This document shows, in pieces, positions 50,414-62,618 of a stretch of DNA of 64,000 nt. The notes under the pieces were generated by a model. That model saw nothing but the letters and a program-made list of their open reading frames with translations, searched no databases and was not told where the DNA came from. The DNA is from Phyllobates terribilis. Taxonomy: Eukaryota. Each line of letters opens with the position of its first letter. Within the stretch, counting starts at the first letter, position 1. The translations under genes and the position numbers were made by a program. The stretch covers positions 417,136,001-417,200,000 of the forward strand of contig NW_027362771.1 of the NCBI RefSeq assembly GCF_046119375.1, written 5' to 3'.

Positions 50414-52025
50414 CACTGTGTTCCAAATTATTATGCAAATAATATTTTCTCAGATTTTCCCAAATTACCTATATGAATTGCAGTCGTTGTAATTTTCCAG
50501 TCAAATAACTATTCGAGTACAATTGAAAGGTTTTTGTACAAACTGCCTATGATAACAGTATATTGTTAAAAAAATAAAAAACTCAAACTGCACTCAAAAT
50601 GCATGTTCCAAATTATTATGCACAGCAGAGTTTTCAACCTTTTCATTTTAATAAAGAACAAAAAAATGGTCATTTTTGAAATTATAAGCATTAGCGGGTT
50701 ATTACAAACTGAAATCAAACAGTTTTCAACTCAAAACTTTATTCTAGGTGATGTTACATTTGCACATAGGACCGCTTGTTCGAAAGGAGCTTCTGAACTC
50801 TCTCGTCCATTGAATTTGTCAGGTTTTGGATGGTTTCTGCTTCAATTGTTTTGCATGAGGACCGAATACCCTCCCAGAGCTGTTGCTTAGATGTGAACTG
50901 CCTCCCGCCATCATAGACACTCCTTTTGATGATGCTCCAGAGGTTCTCAATGGGGCTGAGGTCAGGGGAGCATGGGTGCCACACCATAAGTTTGTCCCCT
51001 TTTATGCCCATAGCAGCCAGAGATGCAGATGTGTTATGTGCAGCATGAGACGGGGCATTATCATGCATGAAAATGATCATGCTGCAGAATGCACGGTTCT
51101 TCTTCTTGAACCATGGAAGGAAGTGCTGTTTGAGAAACTCAACATACATTATGGAGTTCATCTTTACCCCTTCAGGGATCGTAAAAGGGCCGACAATCTC
51201 TCTCCCCATGATTCCAGCCCAAAATATTACTCCACCTCCTCCTTGTTGGTGCCGTAGCCGTGTTTGCATGGGGTGTCCATCAACCAGCCATCCTCCACTC
51301 CATCCATCTGGACCATCGAGATCATTTCATGCATGATAATGCCCCGTCTCATGCTGCACATAACACATCTGCATCTGATAATGCACCGTCTCATGCTGCA
51401 CATAACACATCTGCATCTCTGGCTGCTATGGGCATAAAAGGGGACAAACTTATGGTGTGGCACCCATGCTCCCCTGACCTCAACCCCATTGAGAACCTCT
51501 GGAGCATCATCAAAAGGAGTGTCTATGATGGCGGGAGGCAGTTCACATCTAAGCAACAGCTCTGGGAGGGTATTCTGTCCTCATGCAAAACAATTAAAGC
51601 AGAAACCATCCAAAACCTGACAAATTCAATGGACGAGAGAGTTCAGAAGCTCCTTTCGAACAAGGGGTCCTATGTGCAAATGTAACATCACCTAGAATAA
51701 AGTTTTGAGTTGAAAACTGTTTGATTTCAGTTTGTAATAACCTGCTGATGCTTATAATTTCAAAAATGACCATTTTTTTGTTCTTTATTAAAATGAAAAG
51801 GTTGAAAACTCTGCTGTGCATAATAATTTGGAACATGCATTTTGAGTGCAGTTTGAGTTTTTTATTTTTTTTAAAATATACTGTTATCATAGGCAGTTTG
51901 TACAAAAACCTTTCAGTTGTACTCTAATAGTTATTTGACTGGAAAATTACAATGACTGCAATTCATATAGGTAATTTGGGAAAATCTGAGAAAATATTAT
52001 TTGCATAATAATTTGGAACACAGTG
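50414..52025. mobile_element. Young fold-back Tc1 (IR/DR type) built from two transposase 3' halves
   Basis: TA TSD at 50412-50413 and 52026-52027; ends CACTGTGTTCCAAATTATTATGC in both orientations, with an internal DR copy. ORFs 50754..51269(-) and 51260..51685(+) encode the same HDNAPSH...SPDL.PIENLW...SYVQM C-terminus. Confidence 0.95.
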
Positions 52026-53553
52026 TAGATTGTTTAGTGCACATAGGCTGCTGCTTTCTCACTTCTTTCAGATGTATGTGATTCATCCAAAGGCGGGGAG
52101 AGTGAAGCCATCGCTGATTGTTATACCATGTGATCCATGCAGCCAATGTCACGCGATCCCTGGGAGAGTCAGTGCTGACACCGCTGGAACGCATCAGAGG
52201 TGAGTATAGGTGTCATTATTTTACAAGGGAGAAACATAGGGGTTGTCCAACTAGTGGACAACCCCTTTAAGTTATAGACTGAAATGTGAGTACTTATACA
52301 CACTTTGGACTATATAAATAAATGTTTACACATTTGCAATCTCATTTGAGTGCTGGATTTTTCACATTGTTACGTTAGAACGCTGTCTGAGCACCTCACA
52401 CCCAGGAGTGCCATATTCCCATGATTGATAGCTCATAACAGCCATTAGAATGACTATGACAATTGAAGAAGTTAAAGAGTCTTGTTCAATTAAGATATAA
52501 TGTTTGAACATCTAGAGGGCAGGGAGAAAGATATCTCCCTATCCATAAAAATATTAAGGCTTTAATTCACAGGGAATGGAAGAAACAAGATAGAAAGAAT
52601 TTAATTGCAAAAAATGTTAAATGTAAATACCCATTAGAGGAGTCAGATTCTGACTTTTGGGATAGATCCCCTAAAATTGACATCTTCTATGCCCTTTGAT
52701 GATATGGTTATATTGAAAGATCCTAGGAATGCAGAATTTTTTTTAAAAAGGGCCTGGAATGTGTCTGACTATTAAACCCTATGGAAAATTAAATTACGGG
52801 TAATTATCTTTTTTTTTCTAAAGTAGGTTTAAAAATGAAAGCTGGAATCTGATTGGTTACTTTGAGCAACTCTGCCACTTTTTGTCTGTACTGGCTTTTA
52901 TATATGAGGCCCGGTATGTGTATTACAAGGGAACATGTATCTTAAGGCTTATTTATAGCCTCGAAAGCAGTCATCCAGTTCACATAGCTCTCGGCAATAG
53001 ACAGGAATAATAATAACCAGAAATAAACGAGCGCATTTCTTCTCCAAGTTATGCAGCCATTTTGTCATCTGCTGATCACATGCCTTCAATCACAATAGCA
53101 ATTATCTTGTAGCCTTCGTCAGTTTAACCCTGCCGATATACGATGTTAAATGACCGCTGATCAGCTACATGCTTACTGATCGGGGGTTATTTAACACCTT
53201 AATGCAATATCACGTACATGTTCATGATTGCCTGTGGAGATGATTGCCTGTGGAGAAGGCTCAGGAGCTTAGGTCTCACCTCACATGGCAGATATCAACT
53301 GAATTAAATAGCCGGCATCTGTCTCCAACAGACCCGGCCGGAGGTGAGCTCTGTGTATGACAGTTAATCATTTAAACGCTGCTGTCAGTCTCTGATAGCA
53401 GAAAAATCGGATTGCTTTCGGTTCAATGTTAATCAATGATTCTGTGTCCATATGCTTTTTTTTTTTCAGCTCCAATCGGATTGAGATCGGACTGAAAAAA
53501 AAATGCAGCATGCTGCGATTGCATGCAGAATTCGGATCGCACGCACCCATATA

Positions 53554-55164
53554 TACTACCTTTCAAAAGTTTGGGGTCATTTAGAAATTTCATTATTTTT
53601 GAAAGAAAAGCACATTTTTTTTTCAATGAAGCTAACATTAAATGAATCAGAAATACACTCTATACATTGTTAATGTGATAAATGACTATTCTAACTGCAA
53701 ACGTCTTGTTTTTATTGCAATATCTACATAGGTGTATAGAGGCCCATTTCCAACAACCACCGCTCCAGTGTTTTAATGGTACATTGTGTTAGCTAACTGT
53801 GTAAGTAGGCTAATGGATGTTTAGAAAACCCTTGCACAAGTATGTTAACCCAGCTGAAAACGGTTTGGCTGATTTGAGAAGCTATAAAATTGACCTTCCT
53901 TTGAGCTAGTTGAGAATCTGGAGCATTACATTTGTTTGTTCTATGAAACTCTCAAAGTGGCCAGAAAAAGAGAACTTTCATGTGAAACTCGACAGTCTAT
54001 TCTTGTTCTTAGAAAGGAAGGCTATTCCATGTGGGAAATTGCCAAGAAACTGAAGATTTCCTACAACGGTGTGTACTACTCCCTTCAGAGGAGAGCACAA
54101 ACAGGCTCTAACCAGAGTACAAAAAGAAGTGCGAGACCCCGCTGCACAACTGAGCAACAAGACAAGTACATTAGAGTCTTTAGTTTGAGAAATCGACGCC
54201 TCACAGCTTCTCAACTGGCAGCTTCATTAAATAGTACACGCAAAACGCCAGTGTCAACGTCTACAGTGAAGAGGCGACTTTCGGATGCTGGCCTTCAGGG
54301 CAAAGTGGCAAAGAAAAAGCCATATCTGAGACTGGCTAATAAAAGGAAAAGATTAATATGGGCAAAAGAACACAGACATTGGATAGAGGAAGATTTGAAA
54401 AAAAGTTTTATGGACAGACGAATCAAAGTTTGAGGTGTTTGGATCACACAGAAGAACATTTGTGAGACGCAGAACAACTGAAAGGATGCTGGAAGAGTGC
54501 CTGAAGCCATCTGTCAAGCATGGTGGAGGTAATTTGATGGTCTGGGGGTGCTTTGGTGCTGGTAAAGTGGGAGATTTGTACAAGGTAAATGGGATTTTGA
54601 ATAAGGAAGGCTATCACTCTATTTTGCAACGCCATGCCATACCCTGTGGACAGCGCTTGATTGGAGCCAATTTCATCCTACAACAGGACAATGACCCAAT
54701 GCACACCTCCAAATTATGCATGAACTATTTAGGGAAGAAGCAGGCAGCTGGTATTCTATCTGTAATGGAGTGGCTAGCGCATTCATCAGATCTCAACCCC
54801 ATTGACCTGTTGTGGGAGCAGCTTGACCGTATGGTACTCAAAAAGTGCCCATCAAGCCAATCCAACTTGTTGGAGGGGCTTCAGGAAGCATGGGGTGAAA
54901 TGTCTCAAGATTACCTCAGCAAATTAACAGCTAGAATGCCAAAGGTCTGCAATGCTATAATTGTTGCAAAGGGAGCGTTCTTTGACGAAAGCAAAGTTTG
55001 AAGGAGAAAATTATTCTTTCAAATAAAAATCATTATTTCTAACCTTGTGAATGTCTGGACTATATATTCTAATCATTTTGCAACTCATTTGATAAATAAA
55101 AGTATGAGTTTTCATGAAAAACACAAAATTGTCTGGGTGACCCCCAAACTTTTGAACGGTAGTG
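53554..55164 (+). mobile_element. Near full-length Tc1 element (1611 bp) with inactivated transposase
   Basis: TIR (C/T)ACTACC(G/T)TTCAAAAGTTTGGGG, TA flanks; transposase ~53957-55001 with ATG>GTG, +1 frameshift in the A-run at 54398-54404, and catalytic E replaced (DLNPIDLLW). Confidence 0.95.
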
Positions 55165-56927
55165 TAAGTCTATAGCTGCGTGTGAAACATTACAATGCAC
55201 TCAGATATCACCCGCCGGCAAAGGAGGAGATGGAGAAATTAATTTCTCTGTCGCCTTCGCAGCTGTGCTCCGATCCTCTTATGCAAGAGGATTGGAGCAC
55301 AGAGCACTGACACTCAGATCACGCTCACAATAAGCAGAACTGGAGCTGAGTGTAGTTAGCATATTGCATCCGATGCTCTTGCATCGGATGTGATTCGCTA
55401 GTGTGTCTCCGGCCTCACACTATATATTGCGATGCTGTAGTATTGCAGTATATAGTATAAGTGATTGGACGATCGCAGGTTAAAGTCACCTAAGAAGATT
55501 AAAAAAATATAAAAGTTCACATCACCCCTGTTTTGTCCCACTGAAAAAAAAGAAAAAAAGAACTTAAAATGATAGAAAAAAATACATATTTGGTATCGGC
55601 TTGTTCATAAAAGTCTGGTCTATCAAAATGCAAAATTAATTAACCCGATCGATAAACGTCGTAACAAGGAAAACAAGATGCCAAAAATGTGTTATTAGGT
55701 CACTGCTTCTCCTTGCAATAAAAACAGATCAAAATGTCATATATAGTCAAAATGGTATCAAGAAAACCGTCAGGTCATGCAAAAAAATCAAGCCCTCATT
55801 CAGCTCAATCGATGGAAAAAGAAAGATGTTATAGGTCTCATAATATGCAAAACCTATGGTGATCTTTTTACGTACAGCTACTTACTGTACATTAGGGTGG
55901 CAGTCAAAAAATTTGTGTACATTTTTAGTTCTCATAATAATTTCCTTTGATGTGATTGTAACATACACAAAGTTTCGGAACATTGCAACATTGTTTACTG
56001 GTGGCTTAATCATCACAAATCTAACAATTAATTGTAATAAATGTCTTGCAGCAAAGTAAATGTACAATTTTACACAAGTTTCACAGTTTCACTTTTTTAT
56101 AACGAAACACGCTTTATTGGGTTCAGGATAGTCATGGCGATGCTTCGCCACACACTGGAGAATAAACTGTTTCTTATTTTCTGGAGTGCTCAGTGACGAA
56201 TTGAATGTACTCATGAGTGCAATGGAGCGTTCAGCGGCATCATTCATTATTTTCAATCCTGCGACTTTTGAGGATGCAGATGTGTAACTTGCATTAGTGT
56301 GCCACAGACAAGGATCTTGATGAAGAAAATGATGGTTTATTTCCAGTGCAACAAACCGTTGTTTTGTGTTGGAAGACATGAAGTGATGAAGCTTCTTGTG
56401 TGGAACAAGGTCTTCGGCAAGCTGCACGCGAGTTGAGCAGACATCGTTGCCCTCCATCTGCAGAGCCAGTACCATCTCAACCTTTTCTGCGGTTGGAACC
56501 TCACTGCCCACCATAATCTCACTGACTTACCACAGGTATCTGTTGAAAGTTTTTATTGCTGCCTCAGCAACAGGCGCGTTGATTCCTTTGTATGCTACGA
56601 GTTATTGTAGTAATGTCAATTCATTTTGCTGCGATGTGGCTGAGATCTGACAGAGGTATTAAGTCTTAAAGTATAAGCGGACTGTAAAAGTGCAAAATTG
56701 AGGACTCTGTCAAAGCTAAACAAAATTGCTGTAGAAACAGGAAGATCTTCAGAGAGTATATCACTTTGGCCATACATGGGCCCGATGGTAGGCACTTGTG
56801 TTGTGTACGTCTGGCTTTGCCGGTAAACCAAGGAACAGGCGTGCCAGTGTTAACAATTCCTTGTAATCATCTCTTGGATGGCATTGTGCAAGCTGGTTGG
56901 TGCAAAATTAAACTAGACACTCCTTAA

Positions 56928-57155
56928 AGCGAACCTGTCAGCAGGATTTTGCTAAGTAAATTACAGGCAGTGTCATGTTGGGGCTGCTCCACTGATTAAT
57001 ATGGTACCTGAGGTGAAGAAATCAATCTTGTGGTTCTTGTGTGATAAGTGTTTGGAGATAATTAGATTCTCGTGTTCTGGGGCGGGACTGTAGACAGGGT
57101 CTTATCCTGGTGATCTAGGCAGATCAGCAAGAAAAGACCTTCCCACAGGTTCGCT
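56928..57155. mobile_element. T2/Kolobok-like MITE, TTAA TSD
   Basis: Perfect 11-bp TIR AGCGAACCTGT / ACAGGTTCGCT; TTAA at 56924-56927 and 57156-57159. Confidence 0.9.
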
Positions 57156-57360
57156 TTAAGTGGACCTATCTCAGTTGAAACTATGTCATCTTCCATTCCA
57201 GCCGAAAACTAGGTTTTATCCAGTTGATTCCAGGCAGCCGAAAATCTCTCAAACAACTTTATATTTGGATTTGTTGATGCCAGCCACAATTTATCAAATA
57301 CGCTTGCAATAATTAGCTCGTAAATGTGGTGCCTACACGGCAAACTCGGTAGTTCTTTCT

Positions 57361-58430
57361 TTTTTTTAAACCAATTATTTTTATTTAGGTTTCAAAAATT
57401 TTAACAGCAAACAGTTATCAATATACATATAACAATTCACATAACGTGTAATAATGCAGTCAAAACCCTCTCCCCCCTCCCCCCTCCCGCCAATACTCCT
57501 TATGCCGGGCATACCTGGGAACATTGACAATCATATTACCGCCATCCATGCGGACCATATTTTCCCAAAAGTTCTCTCTCCATGCCTCCGCCTATAAATG
57601 CTTTCCTCTAAATGCATCACCGTACGTGTCTGAGCAATAAATTCCCTCCTAGTGGGGGGTTCCGAATCTGTCCATTTTCGTGCTATTAGTTTGCGTGCCA
57701 CATATAGCAATCGCGCTATCGCCACTTTGTAATGTTCTGAGACAGGTATTCCATCCACCTCCCCCAAAACACACAGCACCGGGTTTCTGTCAATTGTACA
57801 TGTATAAGCCCTCTCAATTTTGCTGACAACGAACAACCAATAAGCCACCAACCGTGGGCATGACCATAGCATGTGTAGCAGTCCGGCCTGGTCCGTGCCA
57901 CATCTAGGGCAATTGGAATCTCCCCTCAAGCCCGCCTTGTACAGGCGCAGCGGTGTTTTGTATGTCCTATGTATTATGTATAATTGGGAAATCCGTGCCT
58001 GCTCGCTTAAAGAGATCTTCGGGACATATTCTAGAATCGCCTCCCATTGTTCTGTTGTGAGGGTACCCACCTCCCTTTCCCATTTACTCTTTGCAATGAG
58101 GTGATTCCCCCCCAGATAGGAGTGCAGTAGGTCATGATATAAGCTCGATATGACTCCCCTCGTCCCTCCCTTCATACACACAAAGTCTAGTACAATGTCA
58201 CCCTGAACCGTCATGTCTCCCAATCCACACTGTGCCCTCCAAGCATGTCGAAGCCTATAGTATTGAAATCCCCATACCAAAGGCAAATCAAATTCTTCTC
58301 TCAATTTCTCAAAGGTCTTCAGGTCCGTTCCACTCTGCAGCTGGCACACATATCTCACTCCTTGCGCCTTCCAATTGCCCATTTGACACAGCTTATTAAG
58401 TTCTGGCAGATGTTCATTGCCCAACACCGG
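57361..58430 (-). mobile_element. 5'-truncated L1/Tx1-clade LINE
   Basis: ORF2 C-terminus in 57531..58430 (CPRC...LLHMLWSCP zinc finger, W...W end); AATAAA + A-tail on -; 15-bp TSD TCGGTAGTTCTTTCT at 57346-57360 and 58431-58445. Confidence 0.93.
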
Positions 58431-59240
58431 TCGGTAGTTCTTTCTACAATTTTCTGTTGCAAGAGAACGCACGCACCAGTCTTTGTACCAGTGTTACTAC
58501 TGGTCGTGTCGAATGACATAAACTTCACTTTACCCTAGTTGCTCCAAAGCACCCTAATAGCGCTCATCAACACTTGGAAATTACTATTATAAACTATAGT
58601 AAGTGCATTTCAGGCAAAAATTTAATTAGACAGTAAAAGACACAATCGGAGTGGTGTAGGCTGCTGCGTAAATATTTCGAGATTAGACTTGCCTAAAACA
58701 GTGAGGTCTAAGGGGTAACGTTTCCCCTTGTGGAAGGTGACATACCGGCTCTGGCATGCCAAGGTAAGGAGGCTTATTCGCTGTGCAATGCTCCTCTGGG
58801 AAATTTAATATGCAAATTGTCTCTTCAGAGAGAAAGAGGACTTGAACTCTATAGCGCCACCTATTGGAAGCAGCAATCCTACACGTCACAATCAAATCAC
58901 AAAGGGTTGATTGTGACTTGTAGGATTGCTGCTTCCAGTCCCCTTTCTCTCTGAAGAGGCAATTTGCATACTAAAACAGTGAATAATATTGAATGTTGTC
59001 TGTAATCTGCAAGTTTACTTTGAAACAGGAAATATAAACATAATAATATTAAATGTTCTTTACAAATTGCAAATAAACAAATTGGAGAGAGTTTCAAGGA
59101 GCAGTGGGGCTCTTATAGCTGCTCTTTATTAAAACTACCCAAATCCTATTTTAACGGCTACTAGGTGTCCAAGGGCTCACATTGAGGACATTGAGCCACC
59201 TTTTAAACAACCAAAAGAAACAATTTTTTTTAAAGGATAG

Positions 59241-60197
59241 TGTGAGGAGCTGGCCTTGTTCTAAAGACTATTGAACCAATGTACATAGAGTGGAGTCCAC
59301 GGCTATAAGGGATGCAGACTTTTTCCAGCACGGAGCACCAGTTCTGTCAATCTTATTATTGTGTTTTATTAGTGATTTACTTGTTATATTTTATTAGAGA
59401 TTTGCTTGCTGTGTTTTATTAGTGATTTGTTTGCTCATCAGTTCAGCCTCAGGAACCAATGCTTCCATTCAGTGACCATAAGCATGCGTAAGGCCAGACC
59501 CAAGATTGGTAATCAAGGAAAGCAATTATTCTATTAATCTCATTAGTATCTCAAGAGCCTCAAGTCATTTTTCTAACAGCCACTAGTCTTATTGTATGGA
59601 TGGGGATAGTAGACCCAGCGGAGCCGTCACCAGAGGGGTTCTCACATGCAGTACCAGGTGACGGGCTGGAATATTCTTCATTCTTTCAGCTAAAAGCGAA
59701 TGTTTAAGGGGGTGTGTGTGAACACTTCTGCCCACTCAGGGGGTGTATCCCAGGGAGGGAGGAAGAAGCCACATGTTTAGTCAGGGACTTAGTGAAATGA
59801 CATTGAAGGGAGAGGATCTAGGCTGATGTTCTGCAGCCCATCTATGTGGGATCTGTCTTCTTTATTCAATGAAGTTTCTTAAGTACTATTGCTACCGTAT
59901 ACCTGTGCTTCTATCGTTTTATCTGTCATCTGGAGGAGCGTGGACTGTGGCTACATACTATATTGGCTGGAGATACGAAATCTGTGGGCCAACCAAAAGT
60001 TGGGAAACAGTGAGTATCGCCTGGTACAAAGGCAGTGGAACTACCGCCCCGGGGAGGGGATCTTGTGGACTGGGGGCAATGTATTTTGGCCATTTTAGCT
60101 AGAATTGTTGTAAAACCATGAATGTAAGGAATAAAATATTGTTGCGTCGTTAACCTGCCTAGGTGATTATTACAACCCACAACCTCAAATCTTCACA
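59241..60197. mobile_element. Probable solo LTR (957 bp)
   Basis: TGTGAGG...CTTCACA termini (6/7 inverted match); flanks GATAG/GATAT (5-bp TSD with one mismatch). Confidence 0.5.
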
Positions 60198-60394
60198 GAT
60201 ATTACAGATCATTATGTGTAACAATTATAGCGGATAAGACTGAATAAAACTAATTTTTATTTTTTCTATAGAACGCATTGTCACCCTACTGTACATACGC
60301 AAATACAAGTGCACAGTAATGGCCAAATGTTTTGAGACTGCCGCAAATTTTTGTTTTCACAAAGTTTGCTGCTTTGGTATTTTTTGATCTTTTA

Positions 60395-61868
60395 GGGCTC
60401 GCTCACATTAGCATATAAAAAATAGCTCCGATGTTGCTTCTAAATAGTTGGACGAGTGGAATTTGTATTGTTCAACTTATGTCATGCAAGTGCTATGCGA
60501 GTGTGCAATATTTTTTTTCCTCACTTAGCATCAGTATGACATCCCTATGACATGCGTATGCAATCCATATCCAAAACGTTTTTAAAATCAGCTTTTACAT
60601 ACTGTAATTCTGTGTCATTTAAAGCTAGTTTAAAAGCTAATAAAGCAATCTTATACACAGATATAGATAGATGGAAAGAATAAATAAATAGGATGGGTGT
60701 CCTGTAGATATTGTCACAATCCCCTACATATAATAAACTAGCATCCTTTAGTGCCTTTCATGTGGCATTAAAGGGTGTTTAGCCTTATTTAACCTATTAA
60801 ATAATTATTTTAAAAAATGGTGTGGGGTTCACCCTTCTTTAAATTACCAGCTAAGGCAAAGCAGACAGCTGTGAGCTGGTGTTATTATTAGCCATATTCT
60901 AGATAACGGCGGACCCTTGTGGATTTTTTTTTTTTACTAATAAATGGGTACAAGAAGGTAATTCTTGGGGAGTGCTTTTTACAATTAAAGGACTTTTGTA
61001 TGTGTGTGTGTTGATTTCTTTTGACTGCGGGATTAGTAATGGGGTCGTCTGACACACACCTCTCCATTACTAACCCCTGGGCTTGTTGTCAGGGGACATT
61101 ACACAGCTGACATCAAACCCAAAACCATTACCCCGATTGCCATGGTGCGTTGGCTGAGAGCCAGGGCTAAGCGCCAGAATTGGCGTACCTAATGGATGCT
61201 CCATTTCTGGGGTGGCCGAGGGCTGGTGTTATTAGGCTGGGAAGGGGCCAATATTAGCCTTTGCTAGTTATTAAAAATAGGGGGACCCCATGTCATTTTT
61301 TGGGGGGGTCCCCCCTTTTTAATAAATAGTAAATGCTATGCAGACAGCTGTGAGCTGATATTAATAGGCTGGGAACCTCCATGGATAATGGCTGCTTCCC
61401 AGAATAATAACACCAGCTTACAGCTGTCTGCTTTCCCTCAGCTGGTTATTAATAATAAGGGGGACCCCACCCCATTTATTTACTTATTTAATTATTAGAT
61501 AAATACAAGTACAGAAAGCTACACGTGCAAAGCATTGATTATATATCTCACTGACACATTTCTATCTATTCTATTCTGACAGTTTGGGCTGTGAATTTAC
61601 TGTACTTGGCAGATGAAATTTCAGGTTTCCTTTCCTAAAAATTGGACGTTAATGGTCCATGTGCCATGTAATATTTTTCTCACACCCTTGACTTGCATTG
61701 GCATGTGCGATCCGATAATCGCAGCAAGCTGTGTTTTTTATATCAGACCGATCTGAGCTGAGAAAAAACTCGCAGATAAGCAGGGAATCATTGTATAATA
61801 TTGGTCAGAGTGCAATGCGATGTTTTCTCGCATTGCACTCCTCTGTATTATACGCTGTGAGCGAGCCC
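60395..61868. mobile_element. PIF/Harbinger-type non-autonomous element
   Basis: Perfect 13-bp TIR GGGCTCGCTCACA / TGTGAGCGAGCCC; TTA TSD on both sides. Confidence 0.85.
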
Positions 61869-61989
61869 TTAGTCTGATGTTTCTATGGCTACTGAAGTAC
61901 AATTATAATAATTTGATAAGATTTTAAACTTTTATTGATAAATACATCAAGTTTATATATAGTCTCATTATTTACAGTATTGTCCCTTA

Positions 61990-62400
61990 TTTTTCAAGAC
62001 TCCTGTAATTCGGCATGCCATGCTGGTTATGAGCTTCTGGGACAAATCCTGACTGATGGCACCCATTCTTGTCTAATCAGTGCTTGGAATTTATCACAGT
62101 TTCTGAGTTTTTGTTTGTTCATTCGCTTTTTGAGGATTGACCACAGCTTCTTAATGGGATTGACATCTGGGGAGTTTCCTGGACATGAACCCCAAATGTC
62201 AATAGTTTGCTCACTAAGCCACTTAGTTATTAATTTTGCCTTGTGACATGGTCTCCATCATGCTGGAAAAAACATTATTGATCACCAAACTGCTCCTGGA
62301 TCGTTAAGAGAAGTTGCTCTTGGAGGCTGTTTAGATACCATTCTTTAGATATAGCAGTGTTCTTAGGCAATATTGTGAATGAATCCACTTAGATTAAAAG
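61990..62400 (-). mobile_element. Tc1 transposase 3' fragment
   Basis: Minus strand FQHDG..., PGNSPDVNPIKKLWSILK. Confidence 0.75.
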
Positions 62401-62618
62401 CAAACCATCCTTCACTTATTGGTTACAAACCATTAGGCCACCTAAATGAAAATAATTTAATATTTTTTTGCAGTCATGGATACCACTTGATAAAACCTAT
62501 AATGATGACTACAAAAGGGATGTTATAGAAAGCTATTGTTTTATTAGATCATACAGTAATTACAAAATAGTATAAAACCATTAAAAGAAAGCAGTTAGAT
62601 CTATAATAAGTAGAGGAG

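Larger units (their letters stand above)
55892..58560 (-). mobile_element. hATm-like DNA transposon relic with nested MITE and L1
   Basis: Minus-strand motifs FMSFDTTSSNTG..TGACVLL (~58530-58460), LPCRHHIYEL...PNIKLFERF (~57345-57240), KIMNDAAERSIAL...QFILQCVAKHR (56089-56514); left terminus TTAGGGTGGCAG at 55892. Confidence 0.7.

Noticed and set aside
58550-58557. Right TIR of the hATm-like element (CACCCTAA)
   Set aside because: Only 8 bp match, it abuts coding sequence, and the flanks (TACTGTACA vs TAGCGCTCA) give no TSD.
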